From Flavipsychrobacter sp. (GTDB lineage: Bacteria > Bacteroidota > Bacteroidia > Chitinophagales > Chitinophagaceae), in contig JBIKSN010000001.1 in the NCBI GenBank assembly GCA_044348585.1, forward strand, positions 1-40,659: a stretch of 40,659 bases of DNA, read 5' to 3'. Of the stretch, positions 8,760 through 20,700 are shown piece by piece. A program made the position numbers and the translations under genes. Numbering within the stretch: the first letter of the stretch is position 1; every line of letters starts with the position of its first letter. The notes under the pieces are model-generated. The model saw only the letters and a list, made by a program, of their open reading frames with translations, did no database searches and had not been told where the DNA came from.

Positions 8760-11700
8760 ATGAAAAGACTATTACTATTTGTCGTGTTGGTGTGCCTTTC
8801 GGCTGTAGCCATGAGCCAACCGTATTATTCCAAAGCCGGAGGCGATCTGGATCAGTTGAGTACCTGGGGCGACCAGACGGATGGTTCAGGGGCTAGTCCG
8901 GCAGACTTTACTACTGCAGGTGTGACCTACATTATTACCAACAGGGCTACGGCTACACTTGGGGCTGCGTGGGCAGTATCAGGCGTTGGATCGAAGGTGC
9001 AGGTAGGTGATGGCGTTACCAGCGTGAATTTCACAGTCCCCGCAACATTTGCATTTACCGGAACAGTTGAAGTGACATCAACCGGTACGCTCACATTGAA
9101 TAATGCATCGATTCCAACATTCGGAACACTGGATGCGGCATCTACAGTAGTTTTTTCGGCAGGGGCAATACAGTCTATACCCGGCGGCACTTACGGAAAC
9201 CTAACGGTCTCTACCACCACATTTGCAAAGTCGTTTGCAGGTGCGGTTACAGTGGCAGGAAATCTGACGGCGAGTAGCACGGGTACAGGCAGTATCACAA
9301 TGTTTGCAGGCACCAACAACGTGACCGGAAATTTGTCGTTTACTGCCACCAGTACGGGTGACTTTTTTACATCAGCGGCGTTGAATATTGGCGGTAATCT
9401 GAGCGTAACTTCAGGCAACGCAGGCGGTACATTTACCTTGGGTGGTAACCTGGATGTGAACGGCAATGTAACACTTGCGGCAACTGCAAACGCTTCGTCC
9501 TGGTTTGTTCCGGGTGGTTTCCAGATTAACGTTGCAGGTAACTGGACTGTAACAAGCTCGAGCAATACACCAACGGCCCTGCTGAGCACTGCGTCGCCCT
9601 CGACTGTCATTTTCGACGGAACCGGTCCGCAAACGATATCAAAAACAGCCGGCACAGCTCTAACCGCCAACTTCTATCATTTTCAGAACAGCAATTCCGG
9701 CGGTACTGTAACTGTAGCAATAAGCCCATCAGTAACTACAACAACCCTTGCGGGTAATTTCACCAATGACCTCGGTGCAACATTTGCATGTGCAGGTGCT
9801 AACCCGATAAACGTGGCCGGTAACTGGACCAATAACGGAATATTTACCCGTGGAACAAGCACTGTGACCATTAATAATGCTGCAGGTACAGTGAACTTGT
9901 CGGGCAACATGACAGGGACGAGTGCATTTCATAACCTTACAGTGACCGGTGCAGGTACAAGAGATTTTGCTGCTAATAATGCTGAGGTAGCAAATGTCCT
10001 CACAATATCGGCGGGTACATTTACCGCTCCTTCAACGACCTTATCCATTGGTAGTAACATGGTGAAGCCGGTTGCAGGTACATTCAATGCAAATGGAGGT
10101 ACAGTTCAGTTCACGGGTTCTACGGCACAGACGTTGCCTGCAAGCGCCATCACCTTCCATAACCTTGACATTGCAAAAACGGCGAACACACTCACAGCAA
10201 CAACAGCGTCGACGGTCACAGTCAATAACACTCTGACTGTTGCCTCAACAGCGAGCCTGAATATGTCTACATCGCAGTTGTTGGGTGCGTTCACACCAAC
10301 GATGAGCGGGAATTTGCTGACACAATGCACGGTCAATCCGGCTATCCCTACGGGACAGACCTGGGGCGGAACGGTCATTTTTAACGCAACTACTCTGGCG
10401 CAGGTTGTGTCTGCAGGTACGTATAACAACCTCACGGTTTCTACCACTAGCGGCGAAAAGACATTTACAGGTGATGTTACCGTAAGCGGAACACTCGCCA
10501 CAAGTTCTACCGGGGCTGGTAGTATCACATTCTTTGGGGGAACAACAAATGTGGGAACTTTCACTTCTACACTGACAAGCACCGGTGACGTGAAGACAGC
10601 AGGGCCCATGAATGTGACCGGCAATTTTTCTCATTCTTCTTCTCTGGCGGGTGGTGTCACGCAATTGGGGGGCAACCTTGACGTGAATGGGAATATCACT
10701 TTATCTAATTCAATAAACGCGGCGAATCCCAATACTTTTGATCCGAATGGCTTCCAGATAAATGCTGGCGGGAATTGGCGGGTTACTTCGACGACCGCAG
10801 CGGCAGTAACAATTCTTGACCCGACTTCAAATTCTACGGTTATTTTTGATGGCTCGGGCACGCAGCAGATAGAGAAGGGAACCGGAACGGCGCTTACGGC
10901 AAACTTCCGTAATTTACAGATATCTAACACAGCTAATGCCGTGACGGTGCTGACAACAACGGTAACGCCAACCACTGTTGCAGGTAATCTGACAATTGAC
11001 GCCTTGGCAAATCTCAGCAAAGCCACTAATACCCTTACGGTTACGGGTAATGTGCTGATAAATGGTACACTTACTACTTCCGGTGCAAATACCACCAATG
11101 TAGCTGGCGACTGGACCAATAATGGAACGTTTACTTGTGGCACGGGAACAGTGGTATTCAATGGCGGCGGATCTCAGACACTTAACGGTACAATGACCGG
11201 AAGCACCGGACAATTCTACGCACTACAATTTAACAATGGTGCGGGTACCTGGTCTTTCGGAGCGAATAGTGCTGACGTAACCAACAATATGACCATTACG
11301 GCCGGAACGGTAACTGCTCCGAGCACTACGTTGAAAGTGGCCGGCAATTTTGTGAATACGGCCGGTACATTTAATGACAATGGTGGCACTGTGGAGCTTA
11401 ACGGTACCACAGTACAGGCAATACCAACAACCGCTACAACATTTAATAACCTTAACATCAGTAACAGTTCAGCAACGGTGACCGCTAATGCAAACCTGAC
11501 GGTTAACGGCACCCTTACCACTTCGGCTTCGGCCAATCTGAATATGGTTACCTTCCAATTACTTGGTACGGTTACTCCGGCGCACAGCGGCACACTTCAA
11601 ACACAGTGCACTGTGAACCCACCGATCCCGGTTGCCAAGACATGGGGTGGTCAGGTAACATACTCCGGAGGTAACATGAATATCTCTCAGGGTAACTATA

Positions 11701-14700
11701 ATAACCTTACGATTTCAGGTACAACCGGTACCCGTGCGTTCACAGCAGGAACTACATCTGTTGCCGGCAACTTCTCTTTAAGTACCACAACCGGTGTAAC
11801 AACTCTTGCAGGTGATCTGGATGTTAATGGAAATATTACACTAACGGAGACCGGTAACACCAATAATATTCTCGATCCTGCAGGATCCAACATAAATGTT
11901 GGTGGCAACTGGTTGGTGAGCTCTTCCGGAACATCTACAACGCTTCTGAACGCCGCATCTTCTTCACTCGTTACATTCGACGGGACAGGAACTCAGACGA
12001 TCAACCGAACTGCCGGTGCTTCTCTTGTTCCTAACTTCTTCAATTTCCGCAACAGTAATACAAGCTCCAATCCGCTGAATATTATCTATAACATGACAAT
12101 ATCCGGCGATGTAACGAACGATGCGTCAGCTATACTTACTATCGGCACCAACACGGTGAACATGGGCGGTAACTGGACCAACAACGGTACTTTCACTGCT
12201 AATGCAAGTACTGTCAATTTCAATTCGGGGGTTGCCGGCAAGACTTTGACAGGTAACATGACCGGAAGTGATAAATTCAATAATTTAATTTTCAATGGGG
12301 CAGGCACCTGGACATTTGGTTCAGCGAGCGCCGATGTAGGAGGCAACTTTACTATCACTACCGGTACGGTGACGGCACCAAGCACTACCTTGAAAGTTGC
12401 AGGCAACTTTGTGTACACTGCCGGTACATTTAATAATAACGGCGGTACTGTAGAGTTGAATGGTACCATAGCGCAGGCGTTCCCTACAACTGCAACCACC
12501 TTCAATAATCTGAACGTGAGTAATACTTCAGCAACTGTAACAGCAAACGCTACATTGACAGTGAACGGTACATTGACTACTGCTGCTTCTGCAAATCTGA
12601 ACATGTCTACGTTCCAATTGTTGGGTACAGTTACCCCGGCTCACAGCGGCACGTTGCAGACACAGTGTGCGGTGAACCCACCAATACCTTTGGCAAAAAC
12701 ATGGGGTGGACTGGTGAGTTATTCAGGTGGTAATATGAACATCTCTCAAGGCAATTATAATAATCTCACCATTTCCGGCACAACCGGCAGCCGTACATTT
12801 ACAGCGGGCACAACCAGTGTTGCAGGCAACTTCTCACTGAGTACCACAACCGGTATAACTACGCTTGCCGGCGATCTGGATGTGAACGGAAATGTTACGT
12901 TGGCTGAGACGGGTAATAACAATAGCATACTTAACCCGGCCGGTTTTAATATAAATGTTGGCGGAGACTGGACAGTAAGTTCAACCGGTACTTCAACGGC
13001 TCTTATGAACGTTGTTTCTACTTCGCTTGTTACATTCGACGGAACAGGAACACAGACAATTACTCGTACCTCGGGATCTGCTCTTGTGCCAAACTTCTTC
13101 AATTTCCGCAACAGCAATACAAGTTCCAATCCGTTGGGTATTGTTTACAATATGACAATATCCGGGGATGTAACAAACGATGCTTCAGCAATTCTTACAA
13201 TAGGTACAAATACGGTCACCGTAGGGGGCAACTGGACGAACAACGGTACATTCACTGCTAATGCAAGTACAGTAAACCTCACCTCAGGCGTTGCCGGTAA
13301 GACGCTGACCGGTAATATGACAGGTGCCAATAAATTCAATAATATCACGTTCAACGGTGCCGGTACATGGACATTTGGTGCAAATAGTGCAGACGTTGCG
13401 GGTAATTTCAGGATCACAACCGGAACGGTGACAGCCCCGTCAACAACATTGAAAGTCGGTGGCGATTTCATACACACGGCCGGTACATTTACACACAATA
13501 GCGGTACCGTAGAATTGAACGGCACCGGAGCACAGGCAATACCAACCTCTGCAACTACTTTCAATATCCTCAACCTTAATAATACAGGTGGAACTATTAG
13601 TTTGAATGCAGCTACAACAGTAAATCAGGATTTCATTATCCCGGCAAGCAATACGCTTTCCGGAGGTTCAGCTACGTTGACACTTGTCGGTAATTATACT
13701 AATAATGGTACGTTTACCGCTGGTGCCGGTACAGTAGCGTTCACTGCAGCTGATGCAGGTAATACGCTTGATGGAAGCATGACAGGTAGTAATAAGTTCA
13801 ACAATATTACTTTCAACAACGCTGTGGGTACATGGACGTTCGGAGCAAACAGTGCGGATGTGGGTGGTAACTTTACTATCACAACCGGTATTGTTGTCGC
13901 TCCTTCCACTACGCTAAAAGTGGGTGGTAATTTTGTGCACACTGCGGGTACATTCACCCACAACAGTGGTACTGTAGAATTGAACGGAACAGGTGCTCAG
14001 GCCATTCCAACAACGGCTACAACCTTTAATACGCTTACGCTTAATAATACTGGGGGGACAATAACACTGAATGCAGCTACTTCGGTACTTCAGGATTTCA
14101 CTATACCTGCAAGTAATACGCTTGCCTGTGGTGCACAAACGCTGAATCTTGCGGGCAACTACGAGAACAATGGTACGTTCACTGCGAACACCGGTACGGT
14201 TGTGTTCAATGCTACGAGCACAGGAAAGACACTTACGGGAGCGATGACCGGTGCAAATAGGTTCTTTAACGTGAACTTCAATAGTGCCACCGGAGGATGG
14301 GATTGCGCTAATAACTCGATAGATGTTGGTGGTGTGTTCTCCGTTACGGCAACGGCAGTAGCCGGAGTTAAAGCACCGTCTACGACGCTGAAAGTTGCCG
14401 GAAACTTTGTAAGGGGAGCCGGCGGTACATTTGATGCCAACGGTGGTACTGTTGAATTCAATGGTACTGCTGCGCAGACTTTCCCCGGTGCGGCTGTGAC
14501 ATTCAACAATGTTTCAATTTCCAACGTTACCAATACTGTGACCGCGACTGTGGCAACTACCATCAACGGTACGTTGACAACGCTTGGGGCGAGTGTGCTG
14601 AATATGAGTACGTTCCAGTTGCTCGGTACGACAGACGGTACAGGGAATGCAGGCATATTGAGTACGGCTAATACTACAAATCCAACGATTCCTACGGGTC

Positions 14701-17700
14701 GTACATGGGGTGGTCTGGTGAGGTACGTGGGTGGAAACCAAACCGTGGCACAGGGAGCTTACAACAATCTGAGCCTGATCGGTACGACAAACACAAGAGC
14801 ATTCACTGCAGGCGCTACAACTGTTGCGGGAACCTTCTCGGTTTCAACAACGTCAGGTATTATTAGTCTTGCAGCAGGTGGTACTGGTGCCCTGGATGTG
14901 AACGGAGATTTTGTTCTCGCACAAACCGGTACGAATACGAATAGCATTTTCAACCCGAACGGTAATACAATAAACGTTGGCGGCAACTGGACAGTTACTA
15001 CTTCGTCGGCAACCACGACAGGTCTTTTTAATGCAGGTGCAGCTTCAACTGTGATTCTTGATGGTACGGGAGTGCAGACGGTATCTAAGACTGCAGGTGC
15101 AGCACTTTCGCCGAATTTCTATGGTCTTCAGGTAGCAAATACTTCTAATCCGGTTGCGTTCAGCAACAGCACAAATATTGCCAATAACCTTCAGGTTGCC
15201 GCAAGTGCAACCGTGTCTCCTACTACCGAAACTGTTCAGTTTAATCCTTCGGCTGCTGCGGGAACGATATCAGGTAGCGGAACGATACTTGTGAACAGGA
15301 CCACCGCTACTGCTGATTATTCTACTCAGTATCGTTTCTCAACAAATACTCTGGGTAGTCTAACTGTAAATTACAGCGGTGCAGGTGCTCAGAATGTAAA
15401 TTCATTCACTTATGGTACACTCAGGACCAGTGGTTCCGGTACGAAGACCGCTCAGGGAAATGTTACCGTCAATAATGCACTTGATGTTACAGGTGTTACT
15501 GTACTGGATATGGGATCTGCCAACAGGCTGATAGCGGGCACTGCACCAACTTATACTGTAAATGGTACTCTCCTCACTTCGGTTCCAACAGCAACCAGCT
15601 CTAGCCCGATACCATCAGGTGCCACATGGAATGGCTCCGGTACCGTTGAGTATGGAGTACTTACCGGTGCGCAAACTGTTGTGAGCGGTACTTACAATAG
15701 CCTCATGCTCGATAATACCAGCGGTGTGAATGTGGCCGGTGGCGACATCAGTGTTGGTGGTACTATCACTTTGGGTAAGTTGTCGCTTGGTACTGCAAAT
15801 CTGATCCTTGCTGATGGCGCATCAGTGTCAGGGGCTTCCGCTTCGAACTACGTGGTTACAGGTGGTACTGGTAATGTAAGGAAGGTGTTTTCTGCAAACG
15901 GAACATTCAGTTATCCTGTAGGCGATGCGACCAACTTCACGCCTATCAGCATTAACATGTCAGGTTCCGGATATTCTTCTGCATATACCGAGGCTCGTGT
16001 TAATAACTCAAAACACCCAGCCAACGCGAGTAGTACAGACTACCTGAACCGTTTTTGGACGGTTGGTACATCGGGCATCACTGCACAATCTTATACTGCA
16101 ACTGCTACATATGTGGGTGGTGATATTTCGGGAACAGAGGGAAACATTGATGCAGCTACTTATGGCGGTTCACTTCCCTGGACAATGTTTGATCCTATCG
16201 GCTCGAACACTTTGACAGCCCCGGGCATATCAGGGACATCAATTGCTATCAGTGGCGTTTCTAATGTTCCGCCAAGTGTCAGCGTCTCTCCTGCAAGTGC
16301 TACTATATGTAATGGTGGTACCGAGCCGCTTGCAGCTACCCCAACAGGTGATGCTCCGTTTACCTACTCATGGTCTCCTTCAACAGGCCTTTCGGCAACA
16401 ACGGGTGCTTCCGTCAACGCTTCACCTGTAAATACAGGTACAGCAACAGCTACTGTTGTGTATACAGTAACCATGACAGATGGTAATGGTAACACAGCGA
16501 CGAATACTACTACTATCAACGTAAATCCTCAGGAACCAATAACCGGTACCCTCTCGGTATGTGAAGGTTCAAACGTAACACTTACTCCTACTACTCCGGG
16601 TGGAAACTGGACTTCAGCTACACCTGCCGTAGGAACTATTAACAGTGTTACCGGAGTGTTTCAGGGTATAGATCAGGGAACTACTGCCGTAACATACACG
16701 CTTCCTTCAGCTTGTTTCTCTACTGTTACAATGACGGTAAACAATATGCCGGCTGCGATCGGTGGAACGTTGACAGTTTGTAAAAACGCTACAACAGCGC
16801 TCACCAACGCTGAAGCAGGCGGTACGTGGAGCACTTCCAATGCAGCGATCGCTACGGTTGGTTCTGCGTCAGGGGTAGTGACTGGCGTTGACGCCGGTAC
16901 AGCTACAATAACCTACACGCTGCCGGGCAACTGTTTTGTGACTGCTGAAGTAACGGTGAATGCACTCCCAGTAATAACAGGCATTACCACGATCTGTAAC
17001 AGTACTTCAAATACGTTGTCAGCAACGCCTATTGGTGGTGCGTGGACTTCGAGCGATGTAGTTGTTGCTACAGTTGGTGGCGGTACAGGCGTAGTAAGCG
17101 GTCTTACTGCAGGAACAGCTAATATTTCTTATACAGACCTGAATACTTGTGTTAACTCTATTCAGGTGACAGTCACACCCACTCTTGCAAATATTGGTGG
17201 TATCAGCGGCATATGCGAGGGTCTGACAACGACTCTTACACATGCTATCGCAGGCGGTACGTGGTCAAGTGCCAATGCGTCGCTTGCAACGATTGATGCG
17301 AACACCGGATTGCTTACTGCGGTGTCTGAGGGCCTTGTTAATATTACTTATACGCTGGGTACTGGTTGTTTCAAAGTGAAGAGCTTTGCTGTTCAGCATC
17401 AGCCTGAGCCAATTACCGGTAACCTGACGATGTGTGAATCTTCTTACACGGTGTTATACAGCACCGTTGGCGGAAGCGGTACATGGACCAGCAGTGATGT
17501 AGGTGTGGCAACAGCAAATGTTACTACAGGCATGATAACCAGTGTAAGTCAGGGTACGGCCACGATCACTTACAGGATTCCTACATCGGGTTGTGAGGTG
17601 ACTGCTGAAGTAACAGTGAATCCACTCCCGGCAGCCATTGCCGGTGGCAATACGTTCTGTCAGGGATCGGTTGAGAACTATACCAGCGCAACACCGGGTG

Positions 17701-20700
17701 GTGCGTGGGTGAGCAGTAATACAGGTGTGGGCACAATCAACTCTGCTACCGGTGCAGCAACAGGCGTATCTGCAGGTGTTACTACAATTAGTTATACTTT
17801 ACCAACAGGTTGCCGTGTAACGAAGTCAGTTACAGTAAATAATATGCCTGCCGCTATAACCGGGACCCTTGGAATATGTTCAGGAGGTACGTCTGCTCTT
17901 GCTTCCGGCACTCCGGGCGGTGTATGGTCAAGCTCCACACCAGCTGTAGGTACAATATCAGTAGGTGGGGTGGTAACGGCCATCGGGGTAGGAAATACTA
18001 CGATCAATTATACAATGGGTACCGGCTGTCTACGTTCGGTGGAGGTAACCGTTAATACGACACCTGGTGCCAATACGGGTACTGCGGAAGTTTGTATCGG
18101 TTCTACTACTACTTTGGCAAATGCTACGGTAGGAGGTACGTGGACCAGCAGCGATATTACAAAAGCTACAGTAGGTGCTGCAACAGGTATTGTTACCGGT
18201 GTTGCAACGGGAACCTCGAACATTACCTATTCATTGGCGGGCGGTGGCTGTTTTGCAGTAACTGAAGTAACTGTCAATGCGGCGGCTACGAGTATTACCG
18301 GAACTGCAGAAGCATGTGTTGGTTTGACATCTACACTTGGCCATGCAACCCCCGGCGGTGTCTGGTCTACTGCAAACCCTGCAATAGCAACTGTAAATGC
18401 AGCTACAGGTGAAGTGACTGCAGTGTCAGCAGGATATGTGACGATAACCTATATGGCGACTCCAACTTGCGGAACAACCATTTCTTTCCATTCCAAAGCG
18501 TTGCCGGCTGCAATTACTGGCAACCTGATCGCTTGTGTCGGTACAAGTTCTGCTTTGGCAAATGCAACTGCTGAAGGAACATGGTCCAGCAGTAATACGG
18601 GTGTAGCTGTAATAAATGCTACTACCGGAATGATGACGGGTGTATCTGTTGGCAATGCTACTATCACTTATTTGTTAGGTAGCGGCTGCCAGATAACTGC
18701 ACAGGCGACAATAAATGCAGCTCCGGCGGCTATTACCGGGCCTTCTTCTGTCTGCTTTGATGCTGTTACTACCGTGAATTGCACACCCGGAGGAGGTACA
18801 TGGTCGAGCAGCAATGTCGCAGCGGCCACTATAAATTCATCAACAGGCGAAGTAACAGGTGTCGCTCCCGGCACTACTATCCTTACCTACACACATGCAG
18901 TTTCCGGCTGTCTTTCTACTCGTGTTCAAACGGTAGGTGCGACTCCTGCTTCTATTACTGGTGCCCTTACAATCTGTGCAACAAGCACATCAACACTCGC
19001 CAATGCCACAGCAGGTGGTACATGGAGCTCCAGCAATCTGGCTGTTGGAACGGTTGGGTCTGCAACCGGAATTGTTCGGGGCATCTCTTCAGGAACTACA
19101 ACCATCACTTATCATCAGAGCGGTGGTTGCTTTGTTACTACTGAGGCAACTGTGAATACTTCTATTACGGCTAATACAGGCGACAATAATTTGTGTGTGG
19201 CCGGTTCAACTGCCCTGGCGAATGTGACTGGTGGTGGTACATGGTCTAGTAGCACGATCATCAAAGCTACAGTAGGCTCACTCACCGGTATCGTTACCGG
19301 TGTGGCAAGCGGAACAGCGGTGATCTCTTATAGAGTCACACCATCTTGTTACGCAACTTCGGTTGTTACGGTGGCTGCTTCTCCGGCTGCTATTGGCGGA
19401 TCGGCTTATGTATGTATTGATGCTGATATTACTTTGACCCATGCGGTTCCGGGTGGCACATGGAGCAGCAGTAATCCTACGAAAGGTTCGATTGATGCGG
19501 TAACAGGCGTATTGCGTGGAATTGCATCAGGTTCTACGGTTGTTACATATGTACCGAGTAACGGGTGTTTTGTTACGAAAACTATCAATATTGCTAACAA
19601 CCCTCCTGCTATCAGCGGAACAATGGGAATATGTGTAGGTGGGTCTTCTGCACTTACCTGTGTTATCGGCGGAAGTGCTACTTGGAGTAGCAGCAATCCT
19701 GCTGTTGGTACCATTGGGCTCACATCCGGTATGCTCACCGGTCTTACTTCAGGAACAACAACTATTACATACCGTCTTAATACGACAGGATGTTATTCCG
19801 TACGTGAAGCTACAGTCAATCCTTTGCCAGCAGCTATTTCCGGCAGCAACACAATTTGTGTAGGTAGCAGTACAACATACACAAACGCGACAGGTGGTGG
19901 AACATGGACGAGCAGCAACTCATCTATTGCAAACATTGGTTCTGCTTCAGGTATTGCCGCGGCAGGTACAGCAGGTGTTGCCACTATTTTTTATACGTTG
20001 TCGACAGGGTGTCGTTCAACAAAGGTTATCACTGTAAACACTTTGCCCGCTGCAATCACAGGTACGACTAACTTCTGTGTGGGTGGCGTAGGCGTGTTGG
20101 CTTCGTCAACCGGAGGTGGTGTTTGGACCAGCGATAATGTGGCTGCGTCTGTTGCCGGATCCGGTACAGTTACAGCCACCGGGGTAGGTGCATCTGTGAT
20201 AAGTTATACTGTGCCTAGCGGCTGTGCGCGTACCGCAACGGTAAACGTTGCTGCTGCATTGGCTGCCAATACCGGCAATGATGTGATATGTGTAGGAGGA
20301 ACCACAACGCTTGCTAACGCTACTCCGGGTGGCACCTGGGCCAGCAGCGTACCGGCTAAGGCAACAGTAGGCTTATCTACCGGTATTGTGACCGGAGCAT
20401 CGGCCGGTACGTCAAACATTACCTACAAGGCAAGTGGGGTAGGTTGTACGGCAATCACTCAGGTGACGGTTAATGCCGCGATTGCTTCAATTACCGGTAC
20501 CACGAATGTGTGTGTTAGCGATAATACAACACTTTCTCATGCTGTACCCGGTGGTACCTGGAGTTCATCAAATACCGGCCTTGCAACCGTTGATAACATG
20601 ACAGGAGTAGTGACAGGTGTTGCGGCAGGTGCGCCGACAATCACTTACACCGCTTCTCCGGGTTGTACTAAAACCGCAGTTGTCACAGTTAAAGCACTAC

